Part shown: positions 26,854 through 39,014 of the stretch, piece by piece | Layout of the letters: every line of letters begins with the position of its first letter | Numbering within the stretch: the stretch's first letter is position 1 | Source of the DNA: Cirrosporium novae-zelandiae | Lineage: Eukaryota | Assembly: GCA_026023565.1 (NCBI GenBank) | Contig: JAPETS010000033.1 | Location: 124,001-188,000, forward strand | Length of the DNA: 64,000 nucleotides | Direction of reading: 5' to 3' | Position numbers and translations under genes: made by a program | The notes under the pieces: generated by a model | What the model was told of the DNA's origin: nothing | Database searches by the model: none | The model's input: only the letters and a program-made list of their open reading frames with translations

Positions 26854-28601
26854 ATGTCCCCCTCTGGTAAGTAATCACCCTCCCCCTTTCCTTGCTCCTT
26901 TGCAGCAACTGACAATGCCGCATCGTCACTTAGACAAAAAGCCCACTGCGGAGAATGCCACACTTCTCCAAGGATTTGAATGGAACGTTCCAGCGGACAA
27001 GAAGCACTGGCAGCGCTTACGGCATGCGATTCCAGGGTTAAAAGCGACCGGAATAGACAACCTCTGGCTACCTCCAGCCTGCAAGGCCAGCAGCCCCGAG
27101 GGCAATGGCTATGATATCTACGATTTGTATGATCTTGGAGAGTTCGACCAGAAGGGTGGGAAAGCTACAAAATGGGGTACCAAGGAAGAGCTAATGGAAT
27201 TGGTGAAGAAAGCCGATAGTGAAGGGGTAGGCATTTACTGGGATGCCGTCTTGAATCATAAAGCAGGAGCAGACAAGACGGAGAAGTGCAAAGCGACTGA
27301 GGTCGATAGCAATGGTAAATCATAATTTACTTTCAACTACAGCTGTCTGAAGTTGGTTAACAGGCTGACCATCTACCTCCTAGATCGGACCAAGGTAATT
27401 ACAGATCCCTACGACATTGAAGCTTGGGTGGGATTTGACTTCCCCGGCCGCGGTGACAAATACAGTAGCCAGAAATACCACTGGTACCACTTCACCGGCA
27501 CCGACTTCAATGCGGAGAACAAGAAGAAGGCGGTCTACAAGATATGTGGTGACGGTAAACACTGGTCTGCCTCAGTCGACAAAGAACAAGGCAATGATGA
27601 TTATATGATGTTTGCCGACCTGGACTACTCACACCCTGAGGTCCAAGAAGATGTCAAGCACTGGGCGGAATGGATAGTCCAAGAGTGCCATCTCAAAGGT
27701 ATTCGCTTCGACGCTGTGCAGCACTACTCACAGCGCTTCTCGAACGATCTTATCAATCATCTACAAGAGAAATTTGGCCCAGGCTCTGTCTTTCTTGTTG
27801 GCGAGTTCTGGGTCGGCGACGTCCAAAAGCTTACCAAGTTTCTCGAAGACATGGAACACAAATACTCCCTTTTCGACACACCGCTCCTAAACAACTTCTC
27901 TCGCCTCTCCACCACCGAAAACGCTGATCTCCGCACAGTGTTTGACAACACCCTCGTTAAGGTCGAGCCATACAATGCTGTCACCCTCGTCATGAATCAC
28001 GATACTCAGCCTGGCCAAACAGTCGCCACCCCTATCGAAGGGTTCTTTAAACCCCTTGCCTATTCTCTGATTCTCCTCCGCCAGGAGGGATACCCAGAAG
28101 TTTTCTACGGCGACCTATACGGCATGAAGGGCGAACATGCTGAACCCCCCTCTTGCGGCAATAAGCTCCCAGATCTTGTTCTTGCCCGTAAGCTCTACGC
28201 CTACGGCGATCAAGATGACTATTTCGATGCCCAAACCTGCATCGGGTTCGTCCGCAGAGGCACGTGGGATAAGAAAGACGGGCTCGCCTGTGTGATGAGC
28301 AACGCAGGTCCTGGAGAGAAGAAGATGTACGTCGGTGAAATGCACTCGGGGGAAACATGGACAGACATCTTGGGATGGGAGAAGGGTGAGATCAAGATCG
28401 GTGAGGATGGATTTGGGCTGTTTCCATGTCCCGGAACATCTGTGGCCGTATGGGTGAATAAGCATGCAGAAGGGAGAGACCGATTTGGCAAATTGTGAGT
28501 GCTTTTGATTTATTTTTATATCTCTCCACCCTCAAACACCTTGGCGGATCTGTGGACCAATTGGCTAATACTTTGGCAGTGACTCGGACATTTATAAATG
28601 A
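26854..28601 (+). CDS. Intracellular alpha-amylase, GH13_5 type
   Basis: Spliced start MSPSDKKPTAENATLLQGFEW; GYDIYDLYDLGEFDQKG, DAVLNHK, RFDAVQH, VGEFW and NHDTQ; no signal peptide; ends FDSDIYK*. Confidence 0.93.
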
Positions 28602-29572
28602 GTGGCTTATGTCGTCCTACCTCCTTGTAACTGTACGATACAACAACTTGACATAATACCAGGCCTGTAACTTTATTGAATGAACCTTGGTCAAACTATG
28701 TCGGTTCGTCCCGAAAGCTGTGAGAATCGACGCTCTCAAGCCTTCGGATACATACCTAGGTACTTAATTGCCCTTACCCTTTACCGGGTATATACATGTA
28801 CTTTATGTATAGCTTCCTTGAAAGAATAATGTGTAGTTAGTCATTACTTGAAATAATGCAACCAAGTCTATTTTTGAACCGAAAATCAAACGAAAATGAC
28901 GAGCTTTTCTTCAAGGGTCAGTTCTAACAAGTAAACGGGAGACGGCGGTGGGAGGGGAAAGAGCAAAAGTGGCTGGCTTAGCGCATTGTGGCGTTCCAAA
29001 CAGTTAAAACAAGGTTAAACGGTGTAATTAACCTAAACAAGCCGGCCGAACCCAACCATTTATCTGCATATGTACTGTAATTAGAAACGGTACCGAGATG
29101 CCCGTTCCCTCGTACCTGACTTGAGATCAGCCGATTAGAATGAAGCTTACCTAAACTTCATTCAGTACGATACGATACGATATGATTCAAAACAAAAATC
29201 CTTTATGAATCCTTCCTCGTATTTTCCCATATGAATAGTGGATCAATCAATACGAACTTCTTATGTGTGTGTGTGTATGTGTGTGTGTGTCAAATGAATC
29301 CTTCCATTTCCATCTCGTGTCTATGACTTAAGTCGGTCAGTCCTATATATATATATAGATATCACTCTGTCTCAGGTGCTTGTAGCAATGGTCTAGGTAA
29401 TCCAGTCATTGCAAAAAAAAAAAACTATAAACAAATAACTACACCCCATCCATCTGTTTTTCTTGCCTGTGCTCCTCTTAAACCATCAAACTCCACCACC
29501 ACTATTTTGATTGATAGCCTTACCTCACCTCTATCCAAAATACCAACACCAACATCCAAACAACCATCCACG

Positions 29573-30022
29573 ATGCGCACCTCACTACTCTCAGTCTTCT
29601 ATTCCATAGCTGTCCTCTCCCCTATTACCCTCTCCCAAAACACCTCCACCACCACCCCCGACATAATGGTCGGCAACGTAATCGGGTGCGGCCAAGGGGT
29701 CCCCTCCTGGAAAGTCTGGTTCGCCCCCAACGACGGCTGCACCACCTCCACCGACGGCGGCCAAACCCCCTACTACGGAAACAGCCTCTGCAACAAATCC
29801 CTCTCCATTTCGGGCGTCGACGACATTGTCTTTACGGGCTGCCCGGCCAAGTATGAGGGGTATGGGAGGTACTATTGGGGGGAACCGACGGGGGTTAATA
29901 TTAGTGGGGTTCCGAGCATGACTTGTACGGGGTTGACCCCGATTCAGACGCAGAAATGTTTGGCGGATTGTTCAAGTGGGCCTTATAATCTTTCGCTTGT
30001 GGTGAGTTCGAGATGTTCGTAA
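29573..30022 (+). CDS. Small secreted cysteine-rich protein (149 aa, 8 Cys), effector-like
   Basis: Signal-peptide-like MRTSLLSVFYSIAVLSPITLS; 8 Cys; intronless; TATA-like elements upstream. Confidence 0.78.
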   Translation: MRTSLLSVFYSIAVLSPITLSQNTSTTTPDIMVGNVIGCGQGVPSWKVWFAPNDGCTTSTDGGQTPYYGNSLCNKSLSISGVDDIVFTGCPAKYEGYGRYYWGEPTGVNISGVPSMTCTGLTPIQTQKCLADCSSGPYNLSLVVSSRCS

Positions 30023-30459
30023 GGGAGTGGGGGGAAGGAGGGGGGATGGGATTGTCAGGAGGGGCATGAAATATCTGGGGGATTGGAGGATATGTTTCGT
30101 ATGAGAGGGGGGAAGGGGGAAGAGGGGGGGGGGCGGCGGCATTCGAAAGCATTAAAGGTATTTTAAAGAATGAATGAATATCCAACGTTGAGACATGAAC
30201 CCAAACCCAGACCCCAGACCCATCCTACCAGCCCTTATCCTTTCCTAATCTAAACCAACTCCCTAGGTAGTCTAGAATGAATAAAAAAACCCCCATCTAC
30301 TCAATCAATATCAAAGTTAACTTGTCCCTCATTTTTTTTTACTACTATACATTGTATATTTACCAGTGACGGTGAAAAAGGAAAAAGGAAAAAAGGAATA
30401 TGATTGCACTTTTCTATTGAGAAAAGAGTTTCGAATTTCCAACCTGCTTGAGGCAATCA

Positions 30460-31050
30460 TCAGCCCTACACAGTCCAGTCTAAGGCCTTAAGCTTTAAGC
30501 TAAACTACTGTATCCTTTATTAAGCTCTCGCCTGAGCCTTACAGCCTTATATATAACTATATAAACTCGTGGCTAAAAGCTAGGTCTGGCTAAAAACCCG
30601 ACCAGTCTCTCTCTATATAATATAAATATAAAAATCTAAAATATATTATTTATTCCAAATTATTTAATTTATCGTTTTTATTATAACGGTCGTCGTCTTC
30701 TACACTCTTTTTTTTTTAAAAGGATTTTTCGGCGAAATTATTATTATTTTTATTATTCTCGCTATTATTACTCGTATAAAACGTATTAAAACCCCGATTT
30801 TTTTTATTTATATTTTATAGTATGGTGGAGTATGTCTGTACGCTCATGGACTATACGTACTATCAAGTCATAGGAACAGCAAATGAACCAAACCATAAGG
30901 TAATACTTATAGCCATAGTAGTCGTATATAGGTGCGAGCGCTATTTCTGTAGTAGTAACCGTATAGGAATATAATAATAGGTATTTTATTTATTTATTGT
31001 TTCCTAGGTAGTAAACATGGAAAGCCTCCAAAAATCAAGAAGGAAAAAAA
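30460..31050. repeat. AT-rich, RIP-like degenerate repeat relic
   Basis: Strongly TpA-rich, no ORF. Confidence 0.45.
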
Positions 31051-32885
31051 AAATGATGAAGAACATGTCCCTGAATCTTCGATATTCGCTTGCCCTTATA
31101 TCCCTTAGAAAAAGAAACCAAACCACATTGCTTTTTAGGGAGGAGGTTATATAGGGGTAAGTGGGCATACCCACTTACTCCACCATAATAGCTTTATTAT
31201 CACGAACAGAATTTTGGTAGGCGGAGGTAGGGGTAGGGATGGCAGGCGAATCGCGACGGAAAGGGATAGAGGACCTCTGAATTCTTTCGGTCTGACTCTA
31301 TCTAGGCCAGACAGGAGAAGGAAGGTTATGCTATGGATATTAGAGACATGAGTATAGCAGGAAAAAAGTATACTTACCACAGTATGATAAGCGTTAACCC
31401 CCACACGAATAGTATGAACTAATTCTGCTAAAGTTGCTTCACTAGTCTACCGCACTGCCTGTATCAAGCGCTGCCTTCACACATTTTTATTGCGACGGGG
31501 TGGTTCATTACCCCCACCACCAGCGGTCGCGGCAGCGCTTTTTTGAGGAGTGCTGGGTGTTCTACCTGCGGTTGTCTACCGTGGAGGCGCCAGTCTTTGG
31601 CGCATTCTGCATATCCAGGTCAAGAGTATGTGCATGCTCTGCGAAAGTGGCTAAGGCTTCGGAGCTAGGAACGGCCAAATACTGCGCAGATTCGAGTTAA
31701 ATTGAGGGCAGCATTCTTGAGAGAATTTCAAATCTATATGGGCGTCACTGCTGCGTCAAGCGCATGAAAGACATGCGAATATTTACGGCCATGCAAAGGG
31801 TGCTTTAGGCGTGTACAATAGTTGCACTTACTGCATCCAGGTTTCGTAACACACGCGGGATTTTTTTTATTCTTTTTACTTTCACGAGTTGGCACCAGCG
31901 GTGGACACTCTTGCGGCCCGGCTTTGTGACCCGATGAGAAGACTCTAGCACATTGTTATTGTACTAAGCGCTGCTTTCATACCTCCCTAATAAAACCCAA
32001 AAGGTTTAGGCTTCCCTAACAGTTAGTAAATAGATATTTGTTATCCTGTTTCTATAATTTAATTTTTATTAACGAAAAAATGGTAAGGGCCTAAAACGTC
32101 TGTCTTCACAGAAGATCTGAAATCGATTCGGAATCAATCGGAATGGGCTGTTTTGAATTCATCCAGCTTGAATCGATTGTTGCACAATTTTATTAGATTG
32201 TCGCCTAGTTGTTTGCCGCTTAGGTGTTTGATTCGAAACCTAACCTTTGAGGCCAAGGCTTGTAGGTGTTTGGCGTGGTTTTTTAGGTGGTTGCCTACTG
32301 CCTGAATTAGGCGCTGCCCTTACATACAGGCGTGATGTACTGGCTGGCAATGCGTATATTGCCGCAATCTAAACCTGGTAGTGTATTTAAAGTTCCCTTC
32401 TGGTTTTTTTAATATAGGCCTTTAGGTATTTTTAGTACGATTCCAGTCTTCTGGCCCTGGTATTCTTCGAAACCCGATGTTCAGCCTTAGGTAACTGTCG
32501 TGGTTTCTCAGGTGGTTGTCCACTGTATTCGTGATAGATCTTTTGTTGGTTGACTAAAAATAACAATAAACATAGTGTGAAAGAGTTGTGGGTTTGAGCG
32601 TTTAGATAGGGCTATGGGGGTTTCGCAGGCGTTGCACTTCCTCGACGGCGTTGTGAAGCGCGACCTCATCTTCACTGTCGAACTCATCACCGTCTATTTT
32701 ATCTTCTTGTGCAAAGTCAACGCACTTTCAATCACCTGAGCCCGCATGAGCGGCTCCTGGTCAGCTCTAAGCGCGGCACTTTCCCAATGCAGGTTCTCGA
32801 CTGCATTCCTAAGGTGAGGGGGAACCTAGATCCTCGTTTAGCATGCGCCTCGCGTACGAAAAACCAGAGTATACATACAGGAAGG

Positions 32886-33055
32886 CAAGGGTTCGATTAT
32901 CCTGTTAAGGCAAGGCATTAGGCTAACCTTACTAACTGAGCCAAAAGACCACAATAATCGAACCCTTGGTTCGATTACGCCTAATACCGCTTATCAAGAT
33001 AAGAGCAATGCGAGGCGCCCGCGCCTACGTCACCTAGGCTTAGCACGCCGTAACA
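32886..33055. mobile_element. Probable solo-LTR-like or MITE relic
   Basis: TGTTAAGGC (32903) and GCCGTAACA (ending 33055) form imperfect TG..CA inverted ends; perfect 15-bp inverted repeat at 32886-32900/32954-32968; no clear TSD. Confidence 0.4.
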
Positions 33056-36000
33056 GTATAGGATAAAGGGGCCTAGGACAGCGATAGACACCGTGTCCTA
33101 TACGAGACCTAAATAAATGAACAATTACACAACTTTTGAAACAGACAAATAAATAAACGAGCAAACAAATATAAATAATAAAGATCACAAGACAAAAAGT
33201 GCATTAGTATCTAAATCTATCTGGGCGTAAGCTACCTATCTATATAGGTAGCTTTACCCCATGTCCAGGACTAGTACTAATGAATAAGAACACCAGGCCC
33301 GGGGTTCCGGAGTGCCGTTTCCTGTTCTCGCTTACCTGAGACTCTTCCAAATAGAGGTTAGCCCCTCATTTGGTGCCCTAGGCAGCAAAAAACAGGCAAC
33401 TCTTTCACAATAGGATGGTTATACTTCTTCTCTGTGAAACCCTCTTCCAGCTCCCTTAGGATTTCGTTCGTGGTATCCATTGGGGTGTATTTCTAGGGTC
33501 CTTTCGTCTTTGTTTCTGTTTTGGTTTCTTGGACCCTTGGATGAAGCCGGCTATTTACCTTTAACGTTTTATTATGATGAGTTATGTCGTTGTGGGCAGG
33601 GCCTTTTAACCTCCATTTTGTCATTGTTGGAAGACTAGACAGCCCGGCCGCACTCCACCACAATATGTTTCTCTGAGAGTCGGGATTCGATCCTTCGGGT
33701 ATTTCTACGCTGTGTGCTAGCGAGGAGTTGCTTCGAATAAGTTTTCAGTTCGCTGTTCAATTGTTCCAAGGCCTGGGGTATCACTGTTCCTGGGACCTTG
33801 GTTTCGTTTGGTTGCCCTAAAGTATCTGTTGAGGTTGTTGACCTGCAGTTGTATTCTTCTATCTAAGAGTCTATAGTGGGAGAATTCTAGGTGGTCTGTG
33901 CGTGGTTAGGGTTTATACCCTACCCTCAACAGTATCTTGGTATCCTCTTTCGATTGTCATATCGTTGGCAATCAAGACTTTAGGAGTCTAGGTTGAGTGG
34001 TAGTCATTGGTGAATAGCTGGAGGGGGTGGAGGGATTGCATGTATACAAGGTCGTGTGTGGGTAAGATAATATATAGCTATCTTCAATGAAGGGATAGCT
34101 TTATGGTAGATTAAAATTAGGTGATGTCGCACCTTTTATAAGTTCGATTGAACGCATGTAGATGTATGGTATCGTGTATAGAGACTGAAAATGGAATCTG
34201 ATTTGGAGTATACTGGTAAGACGAAGTCACAATATTCCGTTAATGGCACTGCGGAGTGAGGGGGTTCTCCTATGGGCATGTAGGTCATCTGAGATAACTC
34301 CTGGAGGAGTCAGAGCCGGAAGTAAACATCTTGAAGATAATGGTCATGCTGTAAGTACCGGGAAGATTTAAAAGAGCGATTGGAGGAATCGAAAGTAATC
34401 CCCCCAAGTTGAGGAAAAATTGGCTGAAGTGGGGGCGCTAAGGCAAGCTGCTCTATGGGTAGGCATGATGAGAGAGATTGTTGTTCTTGGTTCGCCACAA
34501 ATTAAAAAGGATTTTGGCTGATAGGAAGCCCTAGGGTATCTCTGGAGGATGGGTATTGAAACCTCGACTACTAAGAAATCAACATCATGTTAGAAATTAG
34601 AATTGACAACTAGAAGACCCCTTGGAGTGAACGCATCCTATAACTAACCTGTAGCTCGGCAATATATCGAAAGATCCTGAGATTTTCCCTAAAACACGGA
34701 AGCCTTGGCGACTGGGAAAAGAAATGTAACAAAGTCCAGCTGCTCTCTCCATAGAACCGCCTAGATGTGGGATTGATCACTCAATTTATGCAAATCCGAA
34801 TACAATACCGTATTCTCGTTGTCGTCCACCTCCCGGTATAACCCGCGGTGATTTAGTATACACCCAATTCCAGAAAAATCAAATTCGTCCACCGAAGTAA
34901 CTGTAAGGCGAGGATCGGTAAGTAACCCACGTAAGTAAAATCAAACATATGCAAGAAGGAATAAACTGCTTAAATCCGAAAGCAAACCATGCCCTTTCAA
35001 AATCCGCCACTCATGACAATAATAAGTCAAACTTAGCTAAACCATCGACTCGCATTCTCGGAAAACCAAAAAAAAAAGTTCAAGGAAAAATATCGAGTTG
35101 TAATATTTATTGTTGATTATCATCCCCGATGCTGATTTCTATGCTAAGGATGCGGGATATATCATGTTGCGGGAGACAACAAGTTTGTGGTTGTCTTGTG
35201 TAGCGAGTCCAAGGGATCCGTGGAGGAAATATGACGTGGTAAGGAATAAACTCTAGTTATATCCTCTGGTAGGTGTGGTTTGATAAAGTTGAGCGAGGGT
35301 GAAATATTAGGGGTAACCTCTAAGAATTTCGGTTAGGACTCTGGCTTTGGTAGAGGATCTAGAGGAATGGAAAGAGAAGAGGTTAGAGGTTTGTTGTAGC
35401 ATGAAGCGGCTACGGTAAGCTTCCCTTGAAAAACGTGAAGGGATAGAAAGGGATCTTAACTAGATGGTCCATACTTAATCACTCCTTGCTTCTAAATTCA
35501 AAACCTCCTTTGCTTTCAACTACCTAGCGTATTGCGATATGACACCTTCAATTGGCTGGGAAGCTTATAGAGCCAAAGTCTTTTCGATTTCGATCTCTTC
35601 GTTAGATGCCATATTATGCTCTCTGCCTAAAAGGGGGAGTGTTTGAAGTATGTAGCATAGCAATGAGGGGTAGATGGATGATATACTACTAGCATACTAA
35701 CAGAACGGAAGGAAGGAAGAAGGGAAAGGATTATAGACATAGTTTGATGGAAGAAAGAGTAATGAAAAAATGCTGGGGGATACCGCTATATTTATGCCCA
35801 AAAACAAACTCTCAAAAGTGAATGAATGGTTCCATTCACAGCATGCGATGGTGCTTGATGAGACATCTAAGATGATCTGGACCATATATGATTGATACAC
35901 GCACGATAGCACGGACATCAAACTTGTACGATGAAGGGAAGGAAGACAGAGTTTTCATGCCATGACGTGGAATTTGTTAGGGCAGGAGTGAAAGAAAGAT

Positions 36001-36766
36001 AAACATTTGTAGTGAATTGGGGTTTGGGCATCGTGCATCATGGAGAGGTACATACACACACAAACGTGCTTACATGCGAGAGGTTTGCATGGCAATATAC
36101 GCACAAGGTAGAAATTTTCATAGGAGTGAAGGAGGGGTTTCATCATCTGAGAAGAGCGGAAAGGATTCCGTAATTACTAAGGAGAGAAATGGAGATGGAT
36201 GCATCTTAATCCCATGATTCACATTGTTGATATTTTTCTAGATCATTGATCTAAATTCTTCTCTGCAGTAATTGTAGCAGAGAAAGAAAGCCCATAGTAT
36301 AATACTAGGAAACTCCAAAGAAGAATTAGGGAAGTCAGGATTTGCAGAATGTGGTGTGGCAGAGTAACCAACACAAGTTTCGAGGAGGCCAGCCTCGGAA
36401 TTTGGTTGGGTTGACATTTTTCAGGACGTTTCTCTGATAGATTCTTTACCAAAGACACTAGCTTTTGAGATAAGCCTCCGAGCTGGAACCTTTGATTGTT
36501 CACTATCATCGTTGAAAACCTCTGCGGCCATTAGTATTCCGGATGAATAAGTGCAAGAAGTCCATTCTAGGAACTGAACGATCCTTATATATCCAGGAAG
36601 AGCCGCTTTTCTTCATGGATGACGTGGTAGATACCAGATATATGCTAACTTGGGAAGGTTGGATTGAATTCTCGATGACCTTGTATACCCAATGATTGGA
36701 TAGAGAAATATCTCCAAGCCATATAATATCCGTTATGAGAAAAGTTTCAAGGAACATTATACCATC

Positions 36767-37975
36767 TCAGGTTTCCGGCTCCTTTTTTATTTCACTTCTA
36801 TGAACCTCATTTTTGACCTCGACTTCGATCTTGGCCTTCTTTTCCTTCTTCACCTTCGCTGCAGTGGTCGTCTCTTTCACCTTCCCCGGACATAAACCCA
36901 TTTTACCAACTTCACATCCTTCGCATCCTCTCCCCTGGGCCTTTCTCCCACTCAGGCTGACATCACAAACGCTTTGTCCCCAGCCCACTAAAAGCTCATT
37001 GATTTCCGCCCAATACTCTTTAGGTAGCCAACCCTCAAGCCACATCCTCGTTTCCTCTGGGGTCTTTGTCTTATGCCAGCCCCACAAATTGGTGATTCTG
37101 TGGACATGTGTATCAACTCCAATGCCATCAACGATTCCCCAAGCAGCGCCAAGCGTTAAATATGCCATCTTAGGTCCTACGCCTGGAAGCGCTATTAACT
37201 CCTTGGCATTATTCGGTACGTCACCACCATGCTTATCCCTTAATATAACTGCCGTTTTCTTGATATATTTTGCCTTATTATTGTGAAACCCTACACTTCT
37301 GATCAACGCATTCAATTCATTTTCCTCAACGGCAAGGATATTCTCAAGACTGAGACCTTTCTCTCCATCGGCTTCTGCCGCCGGCAATTCTGTCTGAAGC
37401 CTCCGCATAGCAGCAGCCGTTACTTCATCTTTGGTTTGCGAACTAAGCATCAACGCTATGAGGGTCTGAAAGCGGCGATCAAGAGGGGAGGCTTTAGGAT
37501 GAGCGAGGTGTGCACAGCCAACCGTATCGACGGGGGCGGGAGTGCGCAAACGTTGAGTCTTCATGGTGGTGTAGGTGGCCAGCCAATTGGAAGGTGGGGT
37601 GTATTTGTATGTGCCATCGGATAGAAGGGTTCGTTTTGCTGGTTGACGGCGTTGATTAGAATTATGCGTAGATGGAGAAGGAGAGCGCTTTCGTTTTAGG
37701 GGGCGTGCCGGAAGAGTGTCTTCAATGTCGGCCAGGGGCTCGTCTTTTGTAGAAATCGAGCTTAAGCTGGAAGAATCACTTTCGCAATCATATTCCTTCT
37801 TAATAATATCCCCGCCATCTCCACAAACACCCAGAGGCTTAGATCCCCTCGCCCTCGTCCGCCGACCGACCGTAGAGACAGAACTAGCAATCCTCGAAGC
37901 CCTTGACCTGCTCGGCGGAGAATAGAGAGCAGACAAAATATTATTTGTTTCCCGAGAGCGGAGAGAGGTGCGCAT
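36767..37975 (-). CDS. NTH1: Endonuclease III homolog (DNA glycosylase/AP lyase)
   Basis: LMLSSQTKD, VGFHNNKA, HhH motif LPGVGPKMA, GVDTHVHR and C-terminal 4-Cys cluster; likely start MRTS at 37975. Confidence 0.93.
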   Translation of the reverse strand: MRTSLRSRETNNILSALYSPPSRSRASRIASSVSTVGRRTRARGSKPLGVCGDGGDIIKKEYDCESDSSSLSSISTKDEPLADIEDTLPARPLKRKRSPSPSTHNSNQRRQPAKRTLLSDGTYKYTPPSNWLATYTTMKTQRLRTPAPVDTVGCAHLAHPKASPLDRRFQTLIALMLSSQTKDEVTAAAMRRLQTELPAAEADGEKGLSLENILAVEENELNALIRSVGFHNNKAKYIKKTAVILRDKHGGDVPNNAKELIALPGVGPKMAYLTLGAAWGIVDGIGVDTHVHRITNLWGWHKTKTPEETRMWLEGWLPKEYWAEINELLVGWGQSVCDVSLSGRKAQGRGCEGCEVGKMGLCPGKVKETTTAAKVKKEKKAKIEVEVKNEVHRSEIKKEPET

Positions 37976-38186
37976 TTTGTTAACGAGTGGAGATATACAT
38001 AGTATCAATTGACATTTGTAGTCAACTGGTGGTGCTTGAAGGGGCATAAATGACGGAAAGCAATCGTAAGGCTGAAACAAAGTTCAGGAAAGCTACCCCT
38101 GCAAACTCTATTCTCTCCCGCAACCACCGACCTCCAAGATCCTCATCAAACCTCCATCCACTCCACACTTATCCACCCACCAAACT

Positions 38187-38777
38187 ATGCCACCCTCAGA
38201 CTACACAGCCCCAACCCGCGGGGCCCTCAAGCTCAAAGGCGTCAAAGATTCTAAAATAAAAAAACACAAGAAGAAAAAAGAAAAGAAAGAGCGATCTGAA
38301 TCTGCTGCCGCCACATCTGGAGGGGAAGAGGAGAAAGCCGAGGCATCTAGGAACAATCAGAAAAAACTTCATGATGCGCTAAGGGATGAGGATGATAAGA
38401 GGGAGGAGGAGGATGGGGATGAGGGATATGAGCCCGGGAGGCAAAAGACTGAGACTGAGAAACATTACGAAGAGATGAGGAGGAAGAGGGTGAGTTTTCT
38501 TTTTATGGGAGGAGCTCTATCTATTAATTTGGCTTTGATTTATGGGTGTTCGCCTTACTAAAGACTTAATGACTGACTTTTGTTTCTTTGTCTAGCTCAA
38601 CGAAAGGTTAAAGCGCGAAGGCATCAAGACCCACAAGGAGCGAGTGGAGGAATTAAATCGCTATCTCAGCAACTTGAGCGAGCATCACGACATGTATGGT
38701 TTTCTTCTCTTGTCGGATATCTATGGACGGCCCCAGACTAACCAAATATTTTTAGGCCGAGAATCGGTCCCGGATAA
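38187..38777 (+). CDS. FAM32A/DUF1754-like small basic nuclear protein, 3 exons
   Basis: GALKLKG + Lys run; KTETEKHYEE..KTHKERVEELNRYLSNLSEHHDMPRIGPG* after introns 38490-38596 and about 38694-38755. Confidence 0.88.
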
Positions 38778-39014
38778 CACCCGTGGTTTGGTTTTCGTAT
38801 TGTGTGGGTATTTGGCGTATTGTATATATTATGGAAAGAAACTCGGATGTTGGGATTTGGAACTTGCAGGTCATTTGAGAGGTCGAATCATGAATACAAT
38901 CTCTATTGTGACTATCCAGAAAAGTCACGTTGCGGATCATTATCTCATTAAATACCCTGTCATCCACGAATTTGGAAACGCCAATTGCACTTTAGGTCTG
39001 AAAATTTCCTCCAT

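Noticed and set aside
26900..26933. ORF-track N-terminus of the amylase (MQQLTMPHRHL)
   Set aside because: Lies within a predicted intron starting at 26867; the spliced start at 26854 fits better.
36243..36757. Two short minus-strand ORFs downstream of NTH1
   Set aside because: No recognisable domain or convincing gene structure.
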